Assembly: GCA_051251855.1 (NCBI GenBank)
Contig: JBPOGI010000003.1
Span: 1 to 64,000 of the forward strand
Origin: Roseibacillus sp.
Lineage (GTDB): Bacteria > Verrucomicrobiota > Verrucomicrobiia > Verrucomicrobiales > Akkermansiaceae
Direction of reading: 5' to 3'
DNA: 64,000 nucleotides
Part shown: positions 5,922 through 15,823 of the stretch, piece by piece
Position numbering within the stretch: position 1 is the stretch's first letter
How the letters are laid out: each line of letters begins with the position of its first letter
Notes under the pieces: generated by a model
Seen by the model: only the letters and a program-made list of their open reading frames with translations
Told to the model about the DNA's origin: nothing
The model's database searches: none
Program-made: the position numbers and the translations under genes

Positions 5922-7313
5922 ATGAGTAAAGAACAGCGAAAGTCACAGCTGGAGTCGAGTTCCGAGGGTTCGAAAGAGGTGTTTTTGGGTCGGTTTTCCC
6001 TTTTGCTCCAGGAAAAAGGGATTCCGTTGGAGGTGGTTCCGTTTTACGAATTTTTCCTTCAGAGATGGGGTCAGTTTCTAAGGTCGCAACCAAATGACCG
6101 ACTGCGGGAGGAGGTTTTCAGGGATTGGCTGGTGCAATTAGACGGAAATAAGAAGCTGGAGAGCTATCAGATTCATCAGGCGATTCGAGCGGTGCGGTGG
6201 GCTCATGGCGAGATTTTGGGTGAGACTTGGGCGAAGGAAATGGATTGGCTGATGATTGAGGGCTCTTTGGGGTTGAGGGACGAGAATTCGAGTGAGGCTG
6301 ATCGTTGGTCTCTGGAGGGCTATGAGGCTCGGTTGCGTTTGAAGGGTTTGGGCGATCGCTCGGTGGAAATTTTGATGCGGGCTTTTGGGGCTTTGAGAGG
6401 CCGGAATTATGCCTATCGGACGGAAACGACGTATTTGAGTTGGGGAGAGCGTTTTATGGAGCAGGTGGAGGGGCGTGGAGTAGGCCCGACTCTGGAGCAG
6501 GGGCAGCTTTTTCTGGAGGCGTTGGCTTTGGAGAGGAAGGTGGCTCCCTCGACTCAGAAGCTGGCGTTGAGCGCGCTTTCTTTTTTGTTTCGGGAGGGTT
6601 TGGGGATGGATGATCCTAAATTTGGGACGTTTGCGCTGGCGAAGGGGAAGCGAAGGATTCCGGTGGTGCTTTCGACTGATGAGGTGCGGCGGCTCTTGGG
6701 GGAGACGGATGGGACTTGGGGGTTATTGGCGGAGTTGTTGTATGGGTCGGGTTTGCGGTTGATGGAGGGTATTCGGTTGCGGGTGAAGGATATCGATTTC
6801 GATCTGGGTATGATTGTGGTGAGGGAGGGTAAGGGTAGAAAGGATAGGCGGACGGCTTTGCCAAAGAGTTTGGAAGGGCGTTTGAGGGAGCATTTGGAGG
6901 GAATCCGTGAACTCTACGATGAGGATAGGAGAGACGATTTGGCTGGGGTTTGGTTGCCGCATGCGGCTGAGCGAAAGGCTCCTATTTGGGCTAAAGAATG
7001 GGGTTGGTTTTGGCTCTTCCCTTCTCAACGCCGAAGTGTGGATCCTCGAGGGGGCGCTGTTCGCAGGCACCATGTGAATGAGGTGGGTTTGCAGAAGACG
7101 GTGAAGGCTGCGGCGATGCGTGCTGGAATTGTTAAGAAGGTGAGTTGCCACACGCTCAGGCATTCGTTCGCGACGCATTTACTGGAGAGTGGAAGGGATA
7201 TTCGGACGGTGCAGGAGCTTTTGGGGCATGAAGATGTGAGAACGACGGAGATTTATACTCATGTGTTGAATCGGCCAGGGGATGTGATGGGGAGTCCGTT
7301 GGATGATTTGTAA
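5922..7313 (+). CDS. intI: Integron integrase (tyrosine recombinase) with N-terminal extension
   Basis: YGSGLRLME, GKGRKDR, HTLRHSFATHLLE, LLGH..TTEIYTHV plus integron insertion GVWLPHAAERK..WGWFWLFPS..DPR..RRHH; start could be 5874. Confidence 0.95.
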   Translation: MSKEQRKSQLESSSEGSKEVFLGRFSLLLQEKGIPLEVVPFYEFFLQRWGQFLRSQPNDRLREEVFRDWLVQLDGNKKLESYQIHQAIRAVRWAHGEILGETWAKEMDWLMIEGSLGLRDENSSEADRWSLEGYEARLRLKGLGDRSVEILMRAFGALRGRNYAYRTETTYLSWGERFMEQVEGRGVGPTLEQGQLFLEALALERKVAPSTQKLALSALSFLFREGLGMDDPKFGTFALAKGKRRIPVVLSTDEVRRLLGETDGTWGLLAELLYGSGLRLMEGIRLRVKDIDFDLGMIVVREGKGRKDRRTALPKSLEGRLREHLEGIRELYDEDRRDDLAGVWLPHAAERKAPIWAKEWGWFWLFPSQRRSVDPRGGAVRRHHVNEVGLQKTVKAAAMRAGIVKKVSCHTLRHSFATHLLESGRDIRTVQELLGHEDVRTTEIYTHVLNRPGDVMGSPLDDL

Positions 7314-7364
7314 GGTGGGGTGGATGGACTCTGAGGGATTGAAATGTCGTTGTGTGGTCTCTTT

Positions 7365-7545
7365 GGGATTCTTTTACCGCTGAGGGGGCTGAGGGCGCGG
7401 TGAAATGCTGAGGTTTCGGTTCGGGATGGGTTTGAACCGCCGCAGGAGCGGGGCGCGCAGAAGGAAGCAAAGGTAGCGAAGGACGAGGTTGGGTGGGACG
7501 GTTCGGGATGTTTTTTTCAAACCACCGCTGGGGGGCGCTCAGGAG
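7365..7545 (+). repeat. Degenerate G-rich intergenic repeat block (left of sulfatase)
   Basis: accgctgagggggctgagg / tttgaaccgccgcaggagcggggc / ttcaaaccaccgc recur in the same order at 9114-9275. Confidence 0.65.
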
Positions 7546-7670
7546 TCATGGTGAAAGAGGAAGGACGGGGCTTGGAGGCACGGGGTTGGGGGGCGAGTTA
7601 AAGTCCCGCGTTCCAGGTTGGGATGGTTTTGGGCTTGGTTTGATATTTTGTGGGGCGAAGATGCGTTGGT

Positions 7671-9098
7671 ATGTTGATGATGAGATTGCTTTTTCTTTTG
7701 GTGGGCTTGGTGGTGAGCTTGGGTGCAAAGCCGAATATTCTTTTTATTTTCTCAGATGATCAGTGCCACGATTCGATTGCGGCTTTGGGTAACGCGGAGG
7801 TGCAGACTCCGCACTTGGATGGTTTGGTGCGGGAGGGGACGAGCTTTACAAATGCTTACAATATGGGGGCTTGGAATGGAGCGGTGTGCATTGCGTCGCG
7901 GACGATGATTCTGAGTGGGCGCTCGTTATGGCACGCGCAGGCTCTCGATAATAAGGAGGGGGCTGAGGGTTTGATTGAGCGAGGCGAGACGTGGCCGCAG
8001 CTGATGAAGGCGGCGGGATATGGGACTTATTTTTCGGGAAAGTGGCATACGAAGGCGCAGCCGGAGAGGATTTTTGATGTGGTGCGCCATAAGCGTCCGG
8101 GAATGCCAAATCAGACGAAGACGGGCTATCGTCGCCCGCTGGCGGATGGGAGTGATCCTTGGGATGCGGCGGATCCGAAGTTCGAGGGATTTTGGAAGGG
8201 TGGGAAGCATTGGTCGGAGGTGGTGGCAGATGATGCGGAGTTGTTTTTTGAGGAGGCGGCGAAGAAGGAGGAGCCGTTTTTCTTCTATCTGGCGTTCAAT
8301 GCGCCGCATGATCCGCGACAGGCGCCTCAGGAGTATCTCGATCGATATCCAGCGGATGGGATGAAGGTGCCGGCGAGCTTTTTACCGCAGTATCCGCATA
8401 TGGGTGCGATGGGTTTGTTAGGTAAGGAGGGGAAGTCGGTGTTGCGGGATGAGAACTTGGCTCCCCTCCCCCGCAATGAGCAGATGGTTCAGGTGCACCG
8501 TCGGGAGTATTATGCGCTGATTAGCCATATGGATACGCAGATTGGCCGTATCTTGGCGGCGCTGGAGGCGTCGGGTGAGCGGGATAATACGATGATTATT
8601 TTCTCGGCGGATCACGGTTTGGGGGTTGGGGAGCATGGGTTGTTAGGGAAGCAGAATATGTATGAGCATAGTGTGAAGCCGCCGATGGTTTTGGTGGGCC
8701 CGGGGATTCCGGCGAATGAGCGGCGGGAGGCGTTGGTGCACTTGCAGGATGTGTTGGCGACGACGCTGGAGTTGGCGGAGGTGGAGAGGCCTGGCTTTGT
8801 GGAGTTCGAGAGTTTGTTGCCGTTGGCGAAGGGTGCTGCGGGTGCGAGGGGTCGGGAGTGGATGTTGGGGTCTTATATCAATGCTCAGCGGATGATTCGG
8901 GTGGGTGATGAGAAGCTGATTGTGTATCCGAGGTCGGAGACGGTGCGGTTTTTCAATCTGAAGAGCGATCCGCATGAGATGAAGGATTTAGCTGATGATG
9001 AGGGTCAGAAGGTGCGGATGGGTGAGCTGTTGGAGCAGCTTAAGAAGGAGTTGAAGGCTTTGGGGGATCCGTTGGATTTGAGCGAGATTGAGATTTAG
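7671..9098 (+). CDS. Sulfatase (formylglycine-dependent, choline-sulfatase-like), exported
   Basis: KPNILFIFSDD, CIASRTMILSGR, GKWH, PHDP, DHG motifs; signal peptide. Confidence 0.93.
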   Translation: MLMMRLLFLLVGLVVSLGAKPNILFIFSDDQCHDSIAALGNAEVQTPHLDGLVREGTSFTNAYNMGAWNGAVCIASRTMILSGRSLWHAQALDNKEGAEGLIERGETWPQLMKAAGYGTYFSGKWHTKAQPERIFDVVRHKRPGMPNQTKTGYRRPLADGSDPWDAADPKFEGFWKGGKHWSEVVADDAELFFEEAAKKEEPFFFYLAFNAPHDPRQAPQEYLDRYPADGMKVPASFLPQYPHMGAMGLLGKEGKSVLRDENLAPLPRNEQMVQVHRREYYALISHMDTQIGRILAALEASGERDNTMIIFSADHGLGVGEHGLLGKQNMYEHSVKPPMVLVGPGIPANERREALVHLQDVLATTLELAEVERPGFVEFESLLPLAKGAAGARGREWMLGSYINAQRMIRVGDEKLIVYPRSETVRFFNLKSDPHEMKDLADDEGQKVRMGELLEQLKKELKALGDPLDLSEIEI

Positions 9099-9113
9099 GT
9101 TGGGGGAACGGTT

Positions 9114-9275
9114 GGGGATTTTTCACCGCAGAGGCGCTGAGGACACGGAGTTTCGCAGAGGGACGGGGTTCTGTTTTTGAACCACCGCGGGAGCGGGGCA
9201 CGCAGGAGGTCAGGAGGAGGAAGGAGGTCGGGGTTGGATTTTTTTGAACCACCGCAGTGCGGGGCAGGCAGGAGG
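9114..9275 (+). repeat. Degenerate G-rich intergenic repeat block (right of sulfatase)
   Basis: accgcagaggcgctgagg then two copies of tttttgaaccaccgc...gcggggca.gcaggagg. Confidence 0.65.
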
Positions 9276-9551
9276 CGGCAAAGTTCGCAAACCACCTTCG
9301 CCGAGGCTTTGGTGGTCGAGAGGACGAGGCGTTGGGCTGGTAGGTAGCTGGATTGGTGACAATTCAGGCGGGGAAGATGGGGTGGAGGTATTCCCTGCCC
9401 GAGTTGTCACCAACTCGGCTACGGGAGGGGCGGACTCGGGCGGAGTTGGTGCTCCGCGTTCCGACGAGGCTACGGGATGGCGCTTTCGAGGGGGTGTTCC
9501 TTTAGATTTGCGAAAATGGGGTTTGGCCCCTAGTCTCCCCGCCCCTGCGAC

Positions 9552-12275
9552 ATGAGCGAGAATACGGTCAACTATAAGGAAACGATCTGCCTGCCCCAAA
9601 CTACCTTTCCGATGAAGGGGAATTTGGTGAATAAGGAACCTGAACGCCTGCAAGGGTGGGAGGAGAGTAAGATTTACGACCGAATTTTGGCGAAGCGCCG
9701 AGCGGCAGGTGCGGAGCGCTATATTCTCCATGATGGGCCTCCGTTTGCGAATGGCGATGTGCATATGGGAACGGCGCTGAATAAGGTGTTGAAGGATTTT
9801 GTGGTGAAGTCGAAGTCGATGGCGGGCTTTGAGGTGCCGTTTGTGCCGGGTTGGGACTGCCATGGGCTGCCGATTGAGTTCAAGGTGATGCAGGACGCCC
9901 GCGATAAGGAGCCGGCGGAGATTCGGACTTTGTGTGAGGAGTTTGCGCGCAAGTGGATTGAGATTCAGAAGGCGAGTTTCCGTCGTTTGGGGGTGTTTGG
10001 AGATTGGGAAAATCCTTATCTGACGATGGCTCCGAATTATGAGGCGGATATTTTGCGTGTTTTTGCGAAGCTGGTTGATAAGGACCGGGTGTATTTGAGC
10101 AAGAAGCCGGTGCAGTGGTCCTACGGGGCGCGCACTGCTTTGGCGGAGGCAGAGGTGGAGTATCAGGATAAGAAGAGTACGGCGGTGTATGTGCCGTTCG
10201 CGTTGTTAGGAGAAAAGTTCCCGGGGGCTTCGATGGTGATTTGGACGACGACTCCTTGGACGTTGCCGGCGAACCTTGGTATCGCGGTGCATGAGCGCTT
10301 TGTCTATGTGGTGGGTTCTTTTGAGAAGGACGGGGTTACGAGGGAGCTGGTTGTGGCGCGTGATTTGGTGGACCAGTTTGGGGAGAAGACGGGTTGGGTG
10401 GCGCAGGGTGAGTTGAAGGAGATTTCGGGGAAGGACTTGGAGGGTCTGGAGGCGCAGCATCCGTTCTTGGACCGCACTTCGAAGGTGATTTTTGGTGGAT
10501 TTGTGACGGCGGAGACGGGAACGGGTGCGGTGCACATTGCGCCGGGCCATGGTGCCGATGACTATGTGGCGGGATTGGCAAATGGGCTGGAGGTTCTCTC
10601 TCCGGTGGATGATGGAGGGCTCTTTACTGATGAATGTGGAGTGCCGGAGCTGGTGGGTCAGCATGTCTTTAAGTGCAACGGGCCTATTGTGGAGATGTTG
10701 ACGGAGCGGGATGCCATTCTTGGAGACGAGACTTATGAGCACCAGTATCCGTTCTGCTGGCGCTCGAAGACGCCGATTATTTTCCGCGCGGTGGAGCAGT
10801 TCTTTATTTCTCTCGATGGTATTCGTGAGAAGGCGATGGAGGAGATCGACAAGGTCAATTGGCTTCCGCATTGGGGTCGTAATCGCATCTATGGCACGGT
10901 GGAGGCGAGGCCGGATTGGTGTATCTCGCGCCAGCGAACTTGGGGTGTTCCCCTGCCGGTGTTCTTTGGTCCGGATGGGCAAGCGCTTTTGAATGCGGAC
11001 ACGGTGCGCAAGATTGCGGATATTGTGGCGGAGAAGGGAACGAATGTTTGGTTTGAGAAATCGGATGAGGAGTGGGTGGCTGACTTAGGTCTGCCTGCTG
11101 GTTCGAAGAAGGCGACGGATACGCTGGATGTTTGGATTGATTCGGGCTCGAGCCATGTGGCGGTGATGGCTGCCAATGAGGAGGTGGGGGTGCCAGCTGA
11201 CCTTTACCTTGAGGCGACAGACCAGCATCGCGGTTGGTTCCAGAGTTCTTTGATGTTAAGTGTGGGCTATCGCGACAAGGCGCCTTACAAGAATGTAATG
11301 ACGCATGGCTTCGTGGTCGATAAGGATACGGGGAAGAAGACTTCTAAGAGTGACGATAAGAAGAAGGGTAAGCCGACGGATGCGGCGCACTTTTACAATA
11401 AGTATGGGGCCGATATTCTGCGGATGTGGGTGAGCTCGGTGGACTGGCAGAATGAGGTCCCCTTTGGCGAGGATCTTTTCCAACAAGTGGGGGATCCGTA
11501 TCGCCGTTTGCGTAATACCTTCAAGATTCTGTTAGGCAACTTGCATGGCTTCGACCCGGCGACGATGACGGTAGCTCCGGAGGAGATGACGGTGATTGAC
11601 CGTTGGGTTTTGGAGAGGCTGCATGTGGTGGTCAGCGAGTCGCTGAAGGCTTATGAAAACTTCGAGTTCCGGAAGGTGTTTTCGGCGGTGAACCAATTTT
11701 GTGCGCACGACTTGAGCTCGCTCTACATCGATATGACGAAGGATCGGCTCTATTGCGATGCCGAGAATGACATCCGTCGAAGGGCGAGTCAGACGGCACT
11801 TTATGAGGTCTTTGACTCGTTGGTGAGATTGTTGGCGCCGATTATTGCCTTCACTTCAGAGGAGGCTTGGGAACATGCGGGCCGCGAGGGCAGTGTGCAT
11901 GAGCAGACGTTCCCGAAGCCTGATGAGCGCTTTGCTAGTGGTGAGGCTACTGGGTTGGTGACTCGCTTGTTGGAGATTCGTGATACGGTGCAGGTGGCGA
12001 TTGAGCCACTGGTGCAGGCAAAGGAATTTAAGAAGAATAACGAAGCTAAAGTGGTGCTAACGGTGCCATCGAATCATCCTTGTTTATCTTTATTAGAGGA
12101 CCCTGTCTTTGTGAAGGAGTTCTTCATTGTAGCTGAGATGGTTGTCGAACAAGGCGATACGCTCAAGGCTTCTGCGAGTAAGAGTGAACATGCGATGTGT
12201 CCTCGTTGCCGACGCTACGAGCCCATTGTCGATGAGGCGGGGCTCTGTGGACGATGCCATGAGGTGACGAATTAG
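9552..12275 (+). CDS. ileS: Isoleucine--tRNA ligase
   Basis: LHDGPPFANGDVHMG, GWDCHGLPIE, WTTTPWTLP, DQHRGWFQSS, KTSKS, C-terminal CPRC..CGRC. Confidence 0.98.
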   Translation: MSENTVNYKETICLPQTTFPMKGNLVNKEPERLQGWEESKIYDRILAKRRAAGAERYILHDGPPFANGDVHMGTALNKVLKDFVVKSKSMAGFEVPFVPGWDCHGLPIEFKVMQDARDKEPAEIRTLCEEFARKWIEIQKASFRRLGVFGDWENPYLTMAPNYEADILRVFAKLVDKDRVYLSKKPVQWSYGARTALAEAEVEYQDKKSTAVYVPFALLGEKFPGASMVIWTTTPWTLPANLGIAVHERFVYVVGSFEKDGVTRELVVARDLVDQFGEKTGWVAQGELKEISGKDLEGLEAQHPFLDRTSKVIFGGFVTAETGTGAVHIAPGHGADDYVAGLANGLEVLSPVDDGGLFTDECGVPELVGQHVFKCNGPIVEMLTERDAILGDETYEHQYPFCWRSKTPIIFRAVEQFFISLDGIREKAMEEIDKVNWLPHWGRNRIYGTVEARPDWCISRQRTWGVPLPVFFGPDGQALLNADTVRKIADIVAEKGTNVWFEKSDEEWVADLGLPAGSKKATDTLDVWIDSGSSHVAVMAANEEVGVPADLYLEATDQHRGWFQSSLMLSVGYRDKAPYKNVMTHGFVVDKDTGKKTSKSDDKKKGKPTDAAHFYNKYGADILRMWVSSVDWQNEVPFGEDLFQQVGDPYRRLRNTFKILLGNLHGFDPATMTVAPEEMTVIDRWVLERLHVVVSESLKAYENFEFRKVFSAVNQFCAHDLSSLYIDMTKDRLYCDAENDIRRRASQTALYEVFDSLVRLLAPIIAFTSEEAWEHAGREGSVHEQTFPKPDERFASGEATGLVTRLLEIRDTVQVAIEPLVQAKEFKKNNEAKVVLTVPSNHPCLSLLEDPVFVKEFFIVAEMVVEQGDTLKASASKSEHAMCPRCRRYEPIVDEAGLCGRCHEVTN

Positions 12276-12296
12276 GTTTCTTACCACTCCTTGCTT

Positions 12297-12923
12297 ATGT
12301 CTGACCCCATTTCCTTCCGACCGTTGGGCAAGCTCTTGCTCCTCATTGCTCTGCCTCTCTACATCGTCGATCAAATCACGAAGTGGTGGACGGTATTTCG
12401 GTTCAGCGAGCCCCCTCTCATTCGGGTTCTCAACAAGAATGGGGAAGCCGAAGTGGTGCGAGCCTTTGGGACCGCTGATGATCCTATTGTAGTGATTGAA
12501 GGCTTCTTTAATATTACGCGAGTGCACAATCAGGGAGTGGCGTTTGGTTTCGGAAACGGGACTGCATGGGCTCCGGTGGTGTTCTTGCTAATTCCAATTA
12601 TTGCGGTGACTTTACTGTTGGTTTTTTGGCGAAAGGGAGCCTTTACCACGCGTCTGATGAAGACTGCTTGCGTGCTCCTCTTTGCAGGGATTGCGGGGAA
12701 TGTGACGGATCGGCTTTTGCAGGGGTTTTGGTTAGATTACCTCAAGGAGGGGAGCTGGTGGGAGCGGTTCTCGGGGGGCTATGTGGTGGACTTTGTCGAT
12801 GTGACGATTCCAATTATCAACTATCCTTGGCCGGTGTTTAACGTGGCGGACAGCTGCATCTCGGTGGCAGCCTTTCTGCTGGTTCTTTCGAGCTTTCGTG
12901 AAGAGAGTCAGAAGAAGAAGTGA
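12297..12923 (+). CDS. lspA: Lipoprotein signal peptidase
   Basis: DQITK, NQGVAFG, GNVTDR, VVDF, WPVFNVAD; follows ileS. Confidence 0.96.
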   Translation: MSDPISFRPLGKLLLLIALPLYIVDQITKWWTVFRFSEPPLIRVLNKNGEAEVVRAFGTADDPIVVIEGFFNITRVHNQGVAFGFGNGTAWAPVVFLLIPIIAVTLLLVFWRKGAFTTRLMKTACVLLFAGIAGNVTDRLLQGFWLDYLKEGSWWERFSGGYVVDFVDVTIPIINYPWPVFNVADSCISVAAFLLVLSSFREESQKKK

Positions 12924-13705
12924 AGGTATCAATTGTCCATCGTGTTGCAGCGCTATTCATTGGAGCCAGCGCTTTGTCTGGCCAGACACTGAACACGAAA
13001 GAGTTAGAGGACAACTTACAGGATCTTTCCACTCCCCCTCGGGATAGGGTTGTTGATTTTGGGGAGGTCTTTAGTGCCGGGAGCAGCTCTCGGACTGATT
13101 TGTCTCGCCGCTTGGACGCACTCAACGAACGTTATCAATTCTCGGTCTATTATATCGCCTATTCGGGGATCATTGGCAGTAACGTAGGGGAAAAGGCGGC
13201 CGAGTTTCGGGACCTTTGGCTAGGGACGGAAGAAGAGGGCCTCGTCTTCGTTTGTGACACCGATATGAAGACGGTCTCTTACGCCCTCACGAAGGTGGAT
13301 AGCTTCCCCATAGATGGAAGTATCCACACTTGGAAGCTTCCCGACCACGAAGTCGTTCAAGCGATGCTTAAGCTCTCCAGCATCGATGCTGAGGATATGA
13401 ACGAAGAGGAGTATCTCGGTGCTATGGGGCATACCCTTACAGACGAGTTGGAAAGCCGTCTGAAATCCGAACCAAGTTCAGGAGTGAGAAATACGGGAGG
13501 TATTCTGGGAACAATCGGCGCTGCCGCAGGTCTCATCGGTATCAGTGTTTGGTGGATCAAACGAAGAAGCGGAACGACTTCCAGTACAATTGAGGGGCCA
13601 CTTTTTCCAACAATGGAAATTCCCAACCGGCTAGGCGCCCACTTTGGTGGCGGGACCGTCTGCGAGATTTCGTATCAAGCTCCCCCTTCGCCAACAGACT
13701 CCTGA
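12920..13705 (+). CDS. Membrane-anchored hypothetical protein, TPM-domain-like
   Basis: Signal peptide, VVDFGEVFS...LSRRL pattern, C-terminal TM; GTGA overlap with lspA. Confidence 0.65.
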   Translation: MKVSIVHRVAALFIGASALSGQTLNTKELEDNLQDLSTPPRDRVVDFGEVFSAGSSSRTDLSRRLDALNERYQFSVYYIAYSGIIGSNVGEKAAEFRDLWLGTEEEGLVFVCDTDMKTVSYALTKVDSFPIDGSIHTWKLPDHEVVQAMLKLSSIDAEDMNEEEYLGAMGHTLTDELESRLKSEPSSGVRNTGGILGTIGAAAGLIGISVWWIKRRSGTTSSTIEGPLFPTMEIPNRLGAHFGGGTVCEISYQAPPSPTDS

Positions 13706-13773
13706 CACAGACAGAGGGTGTCATTCAGACTTTGAACTTGAGCCCCAACTGAGCTGTGGGATGTTAGTGGGGT

Positions 13774-15201
13774 ATGCGTAGTTTGATAGCTTTCCTCTTC
13801 TTGGGTCTTTCGATGGCTCTTTCTGGCCAGACCTTTGGGCCCAGCAATGAGCGTCCCCCAGCAGTGCCCCGCGAATTCCGAGGCGCTTGGTCGGCTTGCG
13901 TCTACAATATCGACTGGCCTAGTCGCAAAGGAATGAGCGCCGCGTCCCAGCAAGCGGAACTCCGGTCGATTTTAAACAAAATGCAGTCGTTGAATATGAA
14001 TGCGCTCATTTTTCAGGTCCGTCCCAATGCCGACGCAGTCTATCGTTCATCGCTTGAGCCTTGGAGTTCTTGGATTAGTGGCACAATGGGTCGCTCTCCT
14101 GGTTACGATCCACTGACCTTTTGTATTAATGAAGCTCACGCCCGCGGTATCGAGGTCCACGCGTGGTTCAACCCTTTCCGAGCTTTGCCCAATAGCAGTA
14201 TGCCGGCGGCGAGTAATCACGTCACACGGACCAACCCTTCAGTGATTCGCCGTTTTAAGAACTACAGTTGGATGGATCCTGCTAGCTCTTGGACCCGTAG
14301 TCATGCCTTGAAGGTGATGATGGATGTGGTTCGACGCTACGATATTGATGGCCTTCATATCGACGACTACTTCTACCCTTATCCAGACGTGCACAAGAAT
14401 GGCACGCCGAAGCAGATTTTTCCCGACGGAAAGTCTCCCTCTCAACGAAGGTCATATGTGGATAGTTTCGTGAAAAACATGTATTCCACGGTGAAACGTG
14501 AGAAGCCATGGGTGCGCGTGGGCATCAGTCCCTTCGGCATCTGGCGACCAGGCGTTCCTGCTGGGACAACAGCACGAATCGACGCCTACAGCCATTTAGC
14601 GGCAGACTCACGTAAGTGGCTTGCGAACGGCTGGTGTGACTATCTTAGCCCCCAGCTCTACTGGCGTATCAATAGTGAGCAGAGCTTTACTCGTCTGCTG
14701 ACTTGGTGGCGCCAGCAGGGGCAGCGCCCAGTCTGGCCTGGGGTTGCGACCTCACGCATTCAATCATCTGAAGATCCAGGACGAACTGCGGGCGAGATGG
14801 TCAATCAACTCAACCTCACTCGAACAGTGGGTCGTAACTGGGTGGGGCACGTACACTGGAGCATGAAGTCGATTATGCAGAATCGTGGCGGCCTCAACAA
14901 TTCGCTCCAGCGTGGATTCTATGGAGAGGCGGCGCTTGTTCCCCCCATGCCATGGCTTAGCACGAAGGCGCCAAGCTCCCCTCGGGTGAACGCTAGCGGA
15001 ACATCCGTTAGTTGGTCCCGAGTGCCTGGGGCTTCCAAGTATGCCCTTCAAGCGCGTTATGGTAAAAATTGGCGTTGCTTACGCGTGCTATCAGGAGGTG
15101 CTACCAAGGCAAGTGTCCCTGCAGGAGCTCAAGCCATTGCGGTAACAGCTGTCGATCGCTTCGGAACAGCGAGCGCTCCGAGTGTGGTTTCAGCGCGATA
15201 G
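13774..15201 (+). CDS. Glycosyl hydrolase-like 10 (YddW/DUF187) protein
   Basis: REFRGAW, FQVRP..DA.Y.S..EPWS, EVHAWFNPFR, YDIDGLHIDDYFYPY. Confidence 0.92.
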   Translation: MRSLIAFLFLGLSMALSGQTFGPSNERPPAVPREFRGAWSACVYNIDWPSRKGMSAASQQAELRSILNKMQSLNMNALIFQVRPNADAVYRSSLEPWSSWISGTMGRSPGYDPLTFCINEAHARGIEVHAWFNPFRALPNSSMPAASNHVTRTNPSVIRRFKNYSWMDPASSWTRSHALKVMMDVVRRYDIDGLHIDDYFYPYPDVHKNGTPKQIFPDGKSPSQRRSYVDSFVKNMYSTVKREKPWVRVGISPFGIWRPGVPAGTTARIDAYSHLAADSRKWLANGWCDYLSPQLYWRINSEQSFTRLLTWWRQQGQRPVWPGVATSRIQSSEDPGRTAGEMVNQLNLTRTVGRNWVGHVHWSMKSIMQNRGGLNNSLQRGFYGEAALVPPMPWLSTKAPSSPRVNASGTSVSWSRVPGASKYALQARYGKNWRCLRVLSGGATKASVPAGAQAIAVTAVDRFGTASAPSVVSAR

Positions 15202-15368
15202 CGGAAGGGAAACTAGAGAAAACCTCCTTTTTGTTAATTTTTCTTAACTAATTTTGTGGGTTATGCTAGGGTCGCACGGCAGCCCTTGAACAAATTTCCA
15301 ATCTTGGACTTGACCTCAATAGGGCCCTGTTTTACGGCAGCTTCGTCGTATCCCCCTGCAATACACCT

Positions 15369-15542
15369 ATGAATGTTCGTCTCTTCTTAACATTGTCTTC
15401 CGTTGTGCTTCTTGGTTGGTTGACCACAAGTTATTTTAGCTCAGTTCCTTTGGAAGGGACTCTTTCCGAGAGTTCTCCCCAGGAAACATCTGGTGAGGTC
15501 GCTTTCATTGCTTCCGAAGGAAGCATGGTCTCGGCTCACTAG
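15369..15542 (+). CDS. Small 57-aa exported or membrane peptide
   Basis: Hand translation MNVRLFLTLSSVVLLGWLTTSYFSSVPLEG...MVSAH; below the ORF-track cutoff. Confidence 0.55.
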   Translation: MNVRLFLTLSSVVLLGWLTTSYFSSVPLEGTLSESSPQETSGEVAFIASEGSMVSAH

Positions 15543-15823
15543 CGCGCGCCACCAATTGAGCATTGCTCGAAGGCACGGAAGTTCGCTCTATCGAACCCCC
15601 AAAGATTTACGGCACTAAACCGTGCGTTCAAAAAATGGGATTTGGTACCTCTTAGCGTTGCTCATGCGGGCAATCTTTTTGGCAGCCATTGTGTGACGGC
15701 TAACATCGTTCCCTCGAGATGTGAGACCAGAGCACGCCCAACAAGATTTCAAGAGAGTTTGCCTTGCCTTTTGAGGTTCAATTCGCTTGAAACGACCTTG
15801 CCAGTTCTCGCTGGTATTCTTCG

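Larger units (their letters stand above)
1..7313. mobile_element. Integron: intI + attI + cassette array (11 attC, 12 cassettes, truncated at left edge)
   Basis: Integrase with the integron-specific insertion, divergent from an array of ~129-bp imperfect inverted repeats separating single small ORFs. The two 7-bp cores bounding each cassette are exact reverse complements. Confidence 0.96.

Noticed and set aside
5788..5925. LexA box upstream of intI
   Set aside because: No CTGT-N8-ACAG or TGTTC-N4-GAACA match seen
9210..9555. ORFs 9244-9555 and 9210-9863, or a T-box leader for ileS
   Set aside because: Low-complexity G-rich repeat sequence or antisense to ileS; no T-box motif recognised
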